NCBI GenBank assembly: GCA_951406725.2 | Contig: OX597838.1 | Span: forward strand, 20,336,001 to 20,400,000 | Reading direction: 5' to 3' | Length of the DNA: 64,000 nucleotides | Source of the DNA: Octopus vulgaris | Lineage: Eukaryota | Part shown: positions 38,911 through 52,111 of the stretch, piece by piece | Numbering within the stretch: the stretch's first letter is position 1 | Layout of the letters: each line of letters opens with the position of its first letter | Program-made: the position numbers and the translations under genes | Notes under the pieces: generated by a model | Seen by the model: the letters and a program-made list of their open reading frames with translations, nothing else | Databases searched by the model: none | Told to the model about the DNA's origin: nothing

Positions 38911-41639
38911 CATATAAATAAGGATAAGATCATTAATTTAAATATCGATCTTATCAAGTGGCCAGCATGGGAATAAAAACCTTCAAAGGTAATAATTATT
39001 ATTAAAATTATAATTTAGGGTATCTAAGAGATACCGCCACGCTGGAAATAGCTATTTCCAGGGTGGCAGAAATTATAATTTTATATATATATATATATAT
39101 ATTCTTGAATGAAATTAATGTACTCAAGCTATTTAAACAAAATTTAAGATCTTTTTTTTTTTTTCTTGTAGTTACACTTAGATGATTGCTTATTACTATA
39201 GCTTATTAATATAGCATTATGATTGATCGAGCAGATAACTAGCTAGCTGTAACATCCCTTTTAAGCAAAGATGGATTTTCAACAGCACAAATTGTGAATT
39301 CTGCTGAAGTGAAAAACATGTATACTGCACTCTTAAAGTGTAGAAATCTGCACTATAAGTGTGCATCATTTAAAAGCAAAGATCCACTTTGATAAACGTT
39401 TCACTGTTGTACTGGGTACAAACCTTTAGCCAGCTGTAAATTGCATCTTTTCTGCCCCACTTACCTTAAATTACCACTTATATCTTGTAATTTTATTTTT
39501 CTTCAGTCTGGTAGAACTAAATATAACTGCATGGAGATTAAAATTGTCAAATATCTGCAAACAAAGAAAATATAGAGAAAAAATGGTGTTTTATTACTAT
39601 AACAATTGCTACTACTTCTAGTACAGTGTATTTTTTTTCTCCCCTCTGAGTTAACATTCCATACAAAATGTCGCTTCTACGTCATAGCAATATATTGGTG
39701 ACTTAGTTGTGTTCTACGTCATAGCAATATATTGGTGACTTAGTTGTGAACAAAGAGAAAGGGAGAATTTTTTTTTTTTTAATTAATCAAATCTGAATTG
39801 GTTGGTGGTGTGACATTGTAGATTCCGTCTCGTTATGAGGAATCCATGTCTAGTCAGTTTCAGTTGTGAAAAATCCGGTGAATTTCTGAAAGTTGAATGT
39901 TGTTGTTAGTTATAAAGCCCCAGGTTGATCCTGATTAAATAGACCCAAGAAGAAAAAAAAAAAAGCATTGATGCCTTTATCATTCCACACCTAGGTCTGT
40001 AATATCCACATTCTTCTTTTTCCGTCTTACAGACAGTAGGTATATGATTTGAAAGAGGTTTGATTGCTGCTTCTAGTAGGTCAAGCAACCACACAAACGC
40101 CTCTTTCTATGGCATTTGAAATGTTTCATATCCGGTGAAGAACAACGTTCTGTCTACTATAATGAAGACACTGACCACCACCTCCATTTGAATAGTTACT
40201 CTTTATTGAAGGACAAACTGCTTCCTATTGCTGCAGCCAGACTTAAACAGAAGCCATTGTAAATTATCATGTCTCATTTCTCTAGTATTAAAAAGATTAA
40301 AGACTCTGTCATATTTTTTTTATTTCTCACACAAAATCTGTTGTCAGTTTTTATTTTTTGTTGATATCAAAAATTTTACAATGTAAATAAATAAAAAAAA
40401 AAAGTCAGTTTTGAAAGATATATATTTGTTGTCTTGTTTCTTTTCATTTATCAATGTGTGTGTATTGGTGGGGAGGGCTTTAGAGTTTCTGGTTAAACCA
40501 CACGGCAGTCCTACTGCATGGTACCTTCGGCAAGAGTCTTTAACAATAACTCTGGGCCAACCAAAGCCTTGTGAGGGGATTTGTTAGGTGGAAACTGAAA
40601 GAAGCCCATTGTGCATAATTGATTCAAACTCTCTCTGTGTTATGCATGTTTTCTATTTCTTACTTTTTTCTAGCAACACTTAGTTTCATCATCCTTACCC
40701 TGAGATCTATTATCATTAAACTTGTATCCCTCCACTACTTTAATGAAATGTCTGGTTTTTCCCTCTCTTTCCTTCATAATTTTGTTGGCATTTTCAGTTT
40801 CTCTCCCAAGACTATCTTCTGTTTGTCCCCATGAGATGTGTGGGTCCACAACGCACCCACCCCATCACCTTTGCTGGAAGTCTCTCTCTCATTTCTTGTC
40901 CCTAATTAGCAAACCTTCCCCACTCGTCTCCTATTGCCTTGTGGTGTTCACAATGCAGTACCCTTGCACTAGCTCCCACCCTGTGACAGACAAAGCAGAG
41001 CTGCTCATTGTTGCTTTAGGGTATTTGGAAATCTATCCTATCTACATATTCTACTTATATTTTCTGATTTTTTTTTTTTGTGGGTGCTGGTGCCATAAAA
41101 AGACACCCAGGACACTCTGTGAAGTGGCTGGCATTAGGAAGTGCATCCAGTTGTAGAAATTAAGCCAATGGAACCTGGTGCAGCTTCTGACCTTGTCAGT
41201 TCCTGTCAAGCCATCCAACCCATGTCAGCATGGGAAACGGATGTTACACAATAATGATGAAAAGCAAAAATCATTTCAATGGCACCTGATGTTGTATTAT
41301 TAGTGCTGGGGAATAAAGAAATGGATGAATGATGGCAGCTTTGATGAAAGGAAAAATTAGTCATGCTTGTCGATCTACCATCTGCTAGCAAAGCAGATGG
41401 TAAATAGACTTCTCGTATTCCTCACAAGTACAGATACAGGCAGATTGTGAACAACTACTGTGAGCTTTGGGGGGCTCGTAAGCCATTTCATTTCATTCAT
41501 TGTAAGTACTTCATTTCATAGTTATCTTTCGTTATATGTGCTCCATGTCCTGTGTTGTTATATCCCCTCTATATCAGGCTATATGCCTATGATAAAGAAA
41601 TTAGATTGTGAACAACTAAAATCCAAGAAGCTTTACTAC

Positions 41640-43690
41640 AGAAGCCAGGCTGTTTTCTTCTGTAGGTACCAAAAACAGGGCAGTAACTTCAAGTGTAGGT
41701 ACAATGAAAGGTAGGTCTAGTGAGATTGCAGAGATGCTGGAGTGGAGTATACTCTGTGCAAGAAATAAGATGGAAAGGATCTTCAACCAAACACCCCATG
41801 GGTAGAAAACAGTAGCTCAAACTCTTCTGGGTGAGCATTAGAGACAGCAGTGGTCGGGTAGGTATAAGGCGGCAAGCTGGCAGAAACGTTAGCACACCAG
41901 GCGAAATGCTTTGTGGTATTTCATTCGCCGCTGCATTCTGAGTTCAAATTCCGTTGAGGTCGACTTTGCCTTTCATCCTTTCGGGGTCGATTAAATAAGT
42001 ACCAGTTACGCACTGGGGTCGATGTAATAGACCTAATCCGTGTGTTTGTCCCCTCTGTGTTTAGCCCCTTGTGGGTAGTAAAGAAATAGGTATACTGTGA
42101 AATGAGAGATGGACAGATAAAATAACAGAAGTAGTCAGAAAATTATTAAGTTATGGTTAATAATAGGCAACATCGCAGCATACTCCCCCACAGGTGGCTA
42201 CTGTCAGAAGTATCACTTCTATGAGACCTTCTTCAGGTTACCTCACCAATGAGTGACAGCATCCTCATTATTGTTGCTGGTGACTTCAAGGGACATGATG
42301 GTCAACACATTGATGGCTTTTGTGATGTACAGAGAGGTTATGGTTATGACTTGAGATAGGTACGTATAAGGCTTCTGAAGTTTTGTGATGCAACTGGTCT
42401 TAACAATTTGTAACATACTCTATAAGAAACCATCCAACTACCTCATCAACTACCAATCTGGTGAACACATTAGTTAGCTTACATTCTCACCAGGGAACAA
42501 GACAGAAAGGTTATTGTGAATGCCAAAACCTTTCCTAGCAAAGAACGCCCTATATAACATAGGTTAGTGGCTGGTGACTTCTGTGTCAGAGCTATGTAGA
42601 CACAGCATGGAAAAGGATTTGGAAATTAAGCGATCCAGCAATTGGGAAAGGGTTTAGGAAAATTATAAACGACATTCATGACTGTAGATGAGGAGATTTA
42701 TGTACCTGTTGCTTAGATGACTGGGAATTTCAACAAGATAACTGATTAGGGCTACAGATCTGACATGACTGGAGCAAAGTCCCAGCCAAGCCCAAATTAT
42801 CATAGTGGTGGAACAATAAGGTTGATAGGGGTCAAGGCTAAGAGACAGGCCATGACAGACTGGAAGGTTGGTGGCAACAGGAAGCACTAGTTAATGACTA
42901 GAAGGGCATCTAGGCATTAGGTGTACATGGCTTAAGATGAGGCAGAAAAGAAGACATTTGCATATGTTCCGCAGCTTGAGGATCAGAGGTCAGGACTACA
43001 AGTCAATGTGTAAGAGAGAAAACAAGTTGACATTAGTAAGAAGTGTGTTTGAAATAATGACAGCAAACTTGCCATTCATTGGAACAAAAGTAAGTGGTGT
43101 AGAAGTGCTATGATGAAAGGCTTTTGAATGAGGAGAATGCATGGGATAAACAGGGATTATCCCATGCTGATCCAATAGCAGGAACCGTGATTCAAGTTAA
43201 CGGCAATGTGGTAGATAAAGTGATCGAGGATATGAAGAGTGGGGAAAGTCACAGGTTCATCAAGGATAGAGTGGGATACAGTATTGCCATTTGGATAGTC
43301 AATATAATCATCCAGGAGGGTGTCATTCCCAATGACTGGCTTTGCAGTATCGTCATAAACTGTTACAAGGACAAAAGTGATGCCTTAGAGAGAAGCAACT
43401 ATATAGAGGAATCAGATCTGTAGATCAAGTTATGAAGGTCACCGAGAAAGCCATAGCCCAATTGATCAATCATAGAATCTACCTGGATGTGATGCAGTTA
43501 GGTTTTGTCCCAGATGAGACACTACAAACATAATCTTCCTTGTGGCAACTACAGAAATACAAGGCTAAGAATGAGTCACTGTTCCTGATTTTTGTTGATT
43601 GGAGAAAGCATTTGTCAGTTATCTGGTGGGTACTACAGAAACCAGGAGTTGGTGAATGGCTTGTGCAGACGTTCTTGTACATAGCTTGAA
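41640..43690 (+). mobile_element. Decayed RTE-clade LINE (AP endonuclease + start of RT), interrupted by a family A SINE at ~41867-42090
   Basis: Fragmented motifs VGTMKGRSSEIAEMLE, CVQEIRWKGS, AYSP, IIVAGDF, IPNDW..S.VINCYKDKSDALERSNY, QLGFVP, FVD..KAF; many stops and frameshifts. Confidence 0.85.
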
Positions 43691-43833
43691 CAAGTTATGT
43701 ACCTGTTTTATGTCTCAAACCAGCCAGTTCTGGCCTCTCACACCTACCCCGCAATGCCATTCTAAAAATAAACAATCACATCATCGAAATCTTGAAGCTA
43801 TGAGATAATGCATAATAAATACAAGACAATATG

Positions 43834-44216
43834 AACAAGAGCACTCAGAGAGCACAAACTTCTGCCAAGGTAACACCAACGTCCTCTCAACGATTAGCTG
43901 GAGATGATTTTTAGAATGAGAATATCTGAAATAAATTCAACTGATCTCACAAACGAGAATACTAAAAATGAACACGACCGCACTCACAAATTAAGAAAAA
44001 GAAAAAAAAAAAAACAGGTAAAATAATCCAGAATCCTTGTCTGGTACCGGATCGATCCCAAAATCTAATCACTTTGTGCCAGTCACGAGGCCAAACATCC
44101 CTGAAAGTTTCATCCGAATCCATCCAGCGATTCTTGAAATATCTTGCCCACAAACGAACAAACAAACAAACACAACTGAAATAATACCTCCATCTTTGGT
44201 AAGGGGGAGGTAATAA
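43834..44216 (-). mobile_element. Helentron-associated non-autonomous element (HINE/DINE-1-like)
   Basis: Minus strand: 5' ttattacctcc, (GTTT)n microsatellite, subterminal ccttggcagaag, 3' hairpin gtgctctctgagtgc then tcttgtt. Confidence 0.65.
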
Positions 44217-44320
44217 ATAAGCTTCACATTTGGCAGAGAAATTTGAATGCTTAAAGGGTTCAACTAGTATCATAGTAACTTCCTAACAAAAGATCTCCCT
44301 TACTTTCATTTCTATTTTTC

Positions 44321-44365
<45 letters not shown>

Positions 44366-44431
44366 TGCCTCTTCTCTTTTTCATTTTATTTGGGGGTTTT
44401 TTTGTCTACTCCACACCTGCCTCTATTCTGT

Positions 44432-44651
44432 TTACTTGTTTCAGTCATTTGACTGCGGCCATGCTGGAGCACCGCCTTTAGTCGTAGCAAATCGACCCCA
44501 GGACTTATTCTTTGCAAGCCTAGTACTTATTCTATCGGTCACTTTTGCCGAACCGCTAGGTAACGGGGGACATAAACACACCAGCATCGGTTGTCAAGCG
44601 ATGTTGGGGGGGGGGACAAACACAGACACACAAACAACCACACACACACAC

Positions 44652-44690
<39 letters not shown>

Positions 44691-44857
44691 TACGACGGGC
44701 TTCTTTCAGTTTCCGTCTACCAAATCCACTCACAAGGCTTTGGTCGGCCTGAGGCTATAGTAGAAGACACTTGCCCAAGGTGCCACGCAGTGGGACTGAA
44801 CCCGGTAACCATGTGGTTGGTAAGCAAACTACTTACCACACAGCCACTCCTGCGCCT
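44432..44857 (-). mobile_element. SINE family B, full length
   Basis: Complete head-core-microsatellite-tail structure. Confidence 0.88.
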
Positions 44858-45186
44858 CTTTCTCTCAATTTTTTTTTTTTTATTTTTTTATTTTCAATAA
44901 TTTGATCTCAGTGACAATGAAAGTCTGTATTTAGTGAAACGAAGCCAACAATGAAATACTTGCAATAGAACAATTGGTGTGACAAATACCTCCACACCCA
45001 CCCCTGTCACCCCCTGCCATTTTGCTTCTTTCACTGAGATATTCATTTCGATGTAACATTCTGTGTAGGAGTGGACTGGAATTGCTTGGTTTCTCTGACA
45101 AAGAATGGTGATGGCGGTGGTGATGATGGTGGTGGTGGTTCTCCATCAGTTGTTGGATAGATTTCCATGTCGTGTATTCAAGTATT

Positions 45187-45822
45187 GTATCTTTTCTTTT
45201 TGAACGGCAGACAATTTCTAGTCAACTAAACACTTTTAAACTTCGTATACTGGTAGAATGTGTCAAAATAAAACATTTTTTCTCTTGGCTTTCTTGAGAA
45301 AATTGTTATTTGTTTGTTTAACGTAGTTTAATTTTTCGAATTTTAACCAATCCTATGCTCTCTTTTGAGCTAAAATCATTTGCTGTGTCTAAAACTGAGA
45401 CAACATCCTGTAACTAACCCTAAACCTCCCCCCTAACCCTAAATTTTTTTTTCTTAATTGTTAAATTAATTTAATTGTTACGCGTGTAAAAAAAACTAAA
45501 GCAATGGAATTAAATTAATTTAACAATTAAGAAAAAAAAAGGATTAGGGTTAGGGTTAGGGGGAGGTTTAGGGTTAGTTACAGGATGTTGTCTCAGTTTT
45601 AGACGCAGCAAATGATTTTAGTTGAATGGAGGTAATCGATTGGTTAAAATTGCCGAAATGCTCGGATTTTCGGACGAAATATCTTACAAACTATAGAATT
45701 TTCTCAATAAAACCAAGAGAAAATGATGTTTTATAAACACATTCTACCAGTATACGAAGTTTAAAAGTGTTTAGTTAACTAGAAATTTTGTTGACATCTG
45801 CCGTTCAAAAGGAAAAGATCCC
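45187..45822. mobile_element. Foldback MITE (GGGATCTTT family) with CCCTAA/TTAGGG repeats in opposite arms
   Basis: atcttttctttttgaacggcag ... ctgccgttcaaaaggaaaagatccc; telomere-like tracts at ~45415-45442 and ~45544-45578. Confidence 0.85.
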
Positions 45823-46049
45823 AAGTGTTTGTTCAACTGAATCCCTAATCAAGAAATTAATCAGGTGTGGCTGCGTGGTAAGGAGTTCGCTTCCCGACCG
45901 CATGCTTTTGGGGTCTCAGTCTCACTGTGTGGCAACTCGGCCATCTTCTACAACAGTCTTGCGTTACCAAAGCCTTGTGAGTGGATATGGTAAACGGACA
46001 CTGAAAACAAGGAGCTTGTTGTGTGTATATATATATATATATATATATA

Positions 46050-46517
46050 CCGTAAACCCTCGAGTATAATCCGCATTTTCCTCCAAAATTTAAAGGTCAA
46101 AATCCCTAGTGCGTACTATATACGAGGTTAAAATGAAATTTATTTTCTAAGCAATGTCCGAGTCTCTATTTGCTGTTCGGCAATGTTTATTCAGACACAT
46201 TTTGTGATGTCGGGCGCGAAAATACCTTAAAACCTCCATAACTTGCAGTTAGCAACATTTATTAAGCGTTACTACTGTTATTTCTTTATTTTCTGCAAAC
46301 AAAATGCTGAAAAAAGCTACACGTTTGCATTATGTTATATATACAATAATAATAAAGGACGTTACTGTATACAGTTTTACAAACCAAGGACGTTATATAG
46401 ACCTCCTTGACTCAAGTTAGAGTATTATACACATGGTTTAGGTTTTTCACAGGTACAGCCCCCTAAAAATCCCACGCGTATTATACTCAAGGGCGGACTA
46501 TACTCGAGGATTTACGG
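46050..46517. mobile_element. pogo/Tigger-like MITE inserted in the (TA)n tract of an old family B SINE
   Basis: TA|ccgtaaaccctcgagtataatccgc ... gcggactatactcgaggatttacgg|TA. Confidence 0.85.
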
Positions 46518-46583
46518 TATGTATAAGTGTGCATCATGTGTATATATGTGTGTGTTTTTGTAACCCACCACCGCTAGACAACT

Positions 46584-47720
46584 GGGATCTTTTCCTTTTG
46601 AACGGTACTTTTCAACACAATTTCTATTTAACTACACACTTTTAAACTTCGTATACTGGTAGAATGTGTCAAAATAAAACATTTTTTTCTCTTGGCTTTC
46701 TTAAGAAAATTGTAATTTGTAAATTTAACGTAGTTTAATTTTCCGAATTGTAACCAATCCTATGGCCTCTTTTTAGCTAAAATCATTTGCTGCGTGTAAA
46801 ACAGACAACATTCTGTCACTAACCCTAACCCTAAATTTTAGCCTTTCGTTTTTTTTTTCTTAATTGTTAAATTAATTTAAGGATAACAATTAAGAAAAAA
46901 AAAAAACGAAAGCAATGGAAAATAATTTTAATTTAACAATTAAGAAAAAAAAAACTATAGGCTAAAACGAAAGCAAAAACTCAAAACAAAAATAAAACGA
47001 ATAATTTTAGACACACGCGTAACAATTAAATTAATTTAACAATTAAGAAGAAAAAAAACGAAAGGCTAAAATTTAGGGTTAGGGTTAAGGTTAGGGTGAG
47101 GGTTATGGTTAGTGACAGAATGTTGTCTCAGTTTTAGACGCAGCAAATGATTTTAGCTCAAAAGAGGCCATAGGATTGGTTAAAATTCGAAAAATTAAAC
47201 TACGTTAAACTTACAAATTACAATTTTCTCAAGAAAGTCAAGAGAAAAAAATGTGGCAATCTTTCGTCTCTAGTAGACCTTTCCGTCGATTTCTGTAAAA
47301 AAATATTTTTTTTTTACATATGGGCTTGCGGGAACTTTTGAAGTAATGAGAGCGAAAGAGACAAAGAGAAAGCGATTGTATATGGACATGTGTGTGTGTG
47401 TGTGTTTGATGGGGTGTGGGAGACAGACAGTATGTTGTGTAAGTGAAGTGCTTCTGTTAGTGTGTGTGAAGAGACAGAGTAATGTGTGAAAGAAAGAGAT
47501 AATTGAAATTTTTTACTCGGTGTATGTGTATATGTATGTACATTACTTCAAAAGTTCCCGCAAGCCCATATGTAAAAAAAAAAATTTTTACGGAAATCGA
47601 CGGAAAGGTCTACTAGAGACGAAAGATCGCCAAAAATGTTTTATTTTGACACATTCTACCAGTATACGAACTTTAAAAGTGTTTAGTTAACTAGAAATTG
47701 TGTTGAAAAGTGCCGTTTAA
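46584..47720. mobile_element. Foldback MITE (GGGATCTTT family) with a nested MITE
   Basis: Left terminus gggatctttttccttttgaacgg; inverted arms with telomere-like repeats; right arm interrupted at 47255-47631 and truncated at its end. Confidence 0.85.
47255..47631. mobile_element. MITE with GGCAATCTTTCG TIRs and 8-bp TSD (Merlin-like)
   Basis: TSD aaaaatgt on both sides; near-identical to 29233-29657. Confidence 0.88.
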
Positions 47721-48575
47721 TAATATAAATAATATATGAATATATACATACATATAAGTACATACCTACATCTATATGTATATATACATGCATATATGGG
47801 TACAGGACATAAAAAAAAAACGTTGAACTTCGTTTTTTATGTTTTCGTTTCTCATTGTGTTCAACGTTTTTTTGATGTCCTGTACCCATATATGCATGTA
47901 TATATACATATATATGCATATATTTATATATTATTATTTGATCGAACACCACGCATCATTTACCAAGTAAGTTTTATCTTATTATTCTTTTAACCTGTTT
48001 TCAATTGGCACAAAGCCACCTCCATCAATGCTATTTCTCACAGTCAAGGATGCATTATCTTATCTTGCAAGTTACTTGGTGACCCCGCTGATGCCACGAA
48101 AAAAAAAGAAACAGAACATCCAGTACACTCTGTAAAGTGGCTGACATTGGGAAGGTCATCCAGTCATAGAAACCATGCCAAAAATAGACAATAAAGCTCG
48201 GCAGATGTTAAACGATGATGATGGTAACGGTGGCCATATTCATCTATAAGTCAACAGCCACCACATCGATTTCCGCAAGAAGCTGGTAATTGTTAACACA
48301 CACGGACAAAGGGAGACAATTTCAAGAAATTAAGTACTGGTGTAGTCTTTGTTAAGTCCCCTTACCCAGTACGTCTAAGATCAAAAGTATTCTATGACCA
48401 CCCTCTCTTCTTTAAGGTGGTGGCAGCGTATGAGAGAGCTGTGACTGCTATTGCCTACGGGTTTTCATAACCATGTGGATGGCTCCGCTGTTCATTGATA
48501 TGACTATTTTGTTTGTTGTTTCTAGATTAATCTGTATTGCTTGTTCAACAAGTTTATTCTTTATTATTTTATATA

Positions 48576-48960
48576 CTCTTTTACTTATTTCAGTCATTTG
48601 ACTGCGGCCATGCTGGAGCACCGTCTCTAGTCGAGCAAATCGACCCCGGGACTTATTCTTTGTAAGCCCAGTACTTATTCTATCGGTCTCTTTTTGTCGA
48701 ACCGCTAAGTTACGGGGACATAAACACACCAGCATTGGTTGTCAAGCAATGCTAGGGGGACTAACACAGACACACAAACATACAGATATATATACATATA
48801 TACGACAGGCTTCTTTCAGTTTCCGTCTACCAAATCCACTCACAAGGCATTGGTCGGCCCGGGGCTATAGTAGAAGACACTTGCCCAAGATGCCACGCAG
48901 TGGGACTGAACCCAGAACCACGTGGTTGGTTAGCAAGCTACTTACCACACAGCCACTCCA
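48576..48960 (-). mobile_element. SINE family B
   Basis: Matches the family consensus seen elsewhere in the window. Confidence 0.85.
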
Positions 48961-49587
48961 TCCTAGCTTGTGTTGGATGGGACCCATAACATCTTACCAC
49001 GACTCTATATTATCTAGCACACACACCAACAATGAAAACCAGCCTATTGTGTTGTGCATGCCATGGATCGGGTTTCATCACTTGGAAGACCTCGAAAGGA
49101 TGAAAGATAAAGTTGACCTCAGCGGAATTTGAACTCAGAATGTAAAGACATGAAATACCGCTAAGCATTTCACCTGGCATGCTAACGTTTCTTATTTCTT
49201 TATTGCCCAGAAGAGGCTATACACAGAGGGGACAAACAAGGACAGAAAAACGGATTAAGTTGATTACCTCCACCCCAGTGCGTAACTGGTACTTAATTTA
49301 TCGACCCCGAAAGGATGAAAGGCAAAGTCGACCTCGGCAGAATTTGAACTCGGAACGTAACGGCAGACGAAATACCGCAAAGCATTTCACCCGGTGTGCT
49401 AACGTTTCTGCCACCTTGTCGCCTTGATACATGACAAAAATCAGAAACACAAATGTTGGTGTTGGCAACAAGATCTGTTGAGTGTAAACTCAATGGCATT
49501 CAACAGTACTCCCTCCATTTATTATACAGTTCATGACTGTTTTATAGTACGTGCATCCGTGTAGGTTCAATTGTTGTTGGAAGCACT

Positions 49588-49960
49588 CAGTCGGTTACGA
49601 CGATGAGGGTTCCGGTTGATCCGAATCAACGGAACAGCCTGCTCATGAAATTAACGTGTAAGTGGCTGAGCACTCCAGAGACACGTGTACCCTTAACGTA
49701 GTTCTCGGGGATATTCAGCGTGACACAGAGAGTGACAAGGCCGGCCCCTTGAAATACAGGTACAACAGAAACAGGAAGTAAGAGTGAGAGAAAGTTGTGA
49801 TGACAGAGTACAGCAGGGATCACCACTATCCCCTGCCGGAGCCTCATGGAGCTTTTAGGTGTTTTCGCTCAATAAACACTCACAATGCCCGGTCTGGGAA
49901 TCGAAACCGCGATCCTATGACCGCGAGTCCGCTGCCTTAACCACTGGGCCATTGTGCCTC
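49588..49960 (-). mobile_element. SINE family C, near full length
   Basis: tRNA-like head (tggcccagtgg, gtttcgattcc); colinear with 6280-6545 and extending further 3'. Confidence 0.8.
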
Positions 49961-50180
49961 TAGGTTCAATTGTACTAAGTATATTGTATGTATTGCTATT
50001 GATATTTAGCCTCATGTCAGCCCAGACCAAGCAGATATATGATAAAAAGTGTGACTGTGTTTGTATGACATTATCTCCTGAGGTATCACGTACCATTTAA
50101 AAACTATGCAACATTTAGTTAATAAAAACAGGGCTTCAGATTACCACATTGCAATGATCACACCGTTCTATACCACAGAC

Positions 50181-50550
50181 CATAGAATAACTGCTGCATT
50201 TGTTGAGTATATAAACAGTTTATAGATGGTTAAACACTTTCGGTATGTAAATTAGGGACTCCTTCATAGAATAACTGCTGCATTTGTTGAGTATATAAAC
50301 AGTTTATAGAAGAGTTAAAAATTTTCGGTATGCAAATTAAGGATTCCTTCATAGAATAACTGCTGCATTTGTTGAGTATATAAACAATTTATAGATGGTT
50401 AAACACTTTTGGTATGCAAATTAGGTACCCCTTCATAGAATAACTGCTGCATTTGTTGAGTATATATATATATATATATATATACAGTTTATAGAGGGTT
50501 TATATACTCAACAAATGCAGTAGTTATTCTATGAAGGAGTCCTTAATTTG
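50181..50550. repeat. ~84-bp tandem repeat (about 3.3 units) followed by an inverted partial unit
   Basis: catagaataactgctgcatttgttgagtatata starts at 50181, 50265, 50350 and 50434; reverse complement at ~50501-50550. Confidence 0.9.
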
Positions 50551-50734
50551 TGTAGTCATTTTACCAAATATATACATTTTATTTTTTTGCACATTACTTA
50601 ATCATTGGTATATGTTTTAATCTTATATTTAATTTTTTCTATAGGATGTAATTTTTTTCTATATGGTATAATTTAAATTCTACTTTGTTGAATTTATAAA
50701 AGGTAGTTTTTTTCTAATTTATATATATATATAT

Positions 50735-50935
50735 CTTTACTCTTTTACTTGTTTCAGTCATCTGACTGTGGCCATGCTGGAGCACCGCCTTTAGTCGAGC
50801 AAATTGACTCCGGGACTTATTCTTTGTAAGCCCAGTACTTATTCTATTGGTCTCTTTTGCCGAACTGCTAAGTGATGGGGATGTAAACACACCAGCATCG
50901 GTTGTCAAGCAATGCTAGGGGAACAAACACACACA

Positions 50936-50979
<44 letters not shown>

Positions 50980-51140
50980 TACGACGGGCTTCTTTCAGTT
51001 TCTGACGACCAAATCCACTCACAAGGCTTTGGTCGGCTCGAGGCTATAGTAGAAGACACTTGCCCAAGGTGTCACGCAGTGGGACTGAATCCGGAACCAT
51101 GTGGTTGGTAAACAAGCTACTTACCACACAGTCACTCCTG
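50735..51140 (-). mobile_element. SINE family B
   Basis: Matches the family consensus seen elsewhere in the window. Confidence 0.85.
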
Positions 51141-51651
51141 ACCCCCTTCAGTCATGAATGACCATGAGATTGCACCTAGAAAGTTCTCCTCTCAGGCATA
51201 AGTGTGGACAAGATTGTTTGTGGAAGATCAGCAGTCACCTATGCATACCAGTCTTCTCTCTACACGCCACCAGTGTTATCCAAGAGAAAGGCAAAGGCTG
51301 ATACAGCTTGGCACTAGTGACGTCACAACTCATTTCTGTGGACTGGAGTGACGTGAAACAAAGTGTCTTGCTCAAGAACACAACACACAACCCAGTAAAG
51401 GAATCAAACTCACAATCTCTTGATTGTAAGCCCAACGTTCTAACCACAGAGCTTGGTACCTTTACTATATATATATAAAGTACAAAGTGAGATAGGGGTT
51501 ATGAGTGTAACCCACTATGGGATATCATTTATCCAATATACTGCCAGTGAAGTACCCAAAGGCTAATACATAAATGTTTACAATTGCAATGCAATTATTT
51601 CATTTATTGTATTATATGGACGAAGGTAAAATGTTTTACCTCAAATTCATA

Positions 51652-51865
51652 ATACAAAATAAGAAAATGGAGGAATAGATTCCTTTCAATCATCAACTTA
51701 CAGATAATACTAATTCATATAATTTATTAACTAATTAAATAGGAACATCAATGTCTTATTCTGTTGGATTTGGATGTTCCTATTTAATTAGTTAATAAAT
51801 TATATGAATTGGTATTATCTGTAAGTTGATGATTGAAAGGAATCTATTCCTCCATTTTCTTATTT

Positions 51866-51870
<5 letters not shown>
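51652..51870. repeat. Near-perfect ~100-bp-arm palindrome
   Basis: atacaaaataagaaaatggaggaatagattcctttcaatcatc...ggaacatc / gatgttcc...ctccattttcttattttgtat. Confidence 0.9.
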
Positions 51871-51901
<31 letters not shown>

Positions 51902-51946
51902 CTCCTGCACGCATTTTTTTTTCTCTCCTTGTTTCTTTTCTGTGTA

Positions 51947-51984
51947 TCTTTCTGTTGAAGAGCGTAGGCTCGAAACGTAAAAGA
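51947..51984 (+). ncRNA. Variant minimal hammerhead-like motif in a (TA)n-flanked Penelope-like remnant (~51898-52082)
   Basis: tcttt-CTGTTGA-a-gagc(gtag)gctc-GAAA-cg-T-A-aaaga: perfect stems I and II, A6U core change. Confidence 0.5.
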
Positions 51985-52080
51985 CTTGTTTTATTTCTAT
52001 TCCTGAGCGCCATACTAATACAATTGTTTGTTTGTATTCCACCTGCCTTCGTCTTTTGTTTATTTTCGTAAACTTTCCCT

Positions 52081-52111
<31 letters not shown>

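Noticed and set aside
50181-50550. CRISPR-like array or hammerhead tandem (CTATGA...CCGAAA on the minus strand)
   Set aside because: Units are similar along their whole length (no unique spacers, no cas genes, eukaryotic context). The core lacks CUGA and stems I/II cannot be built convincingly.
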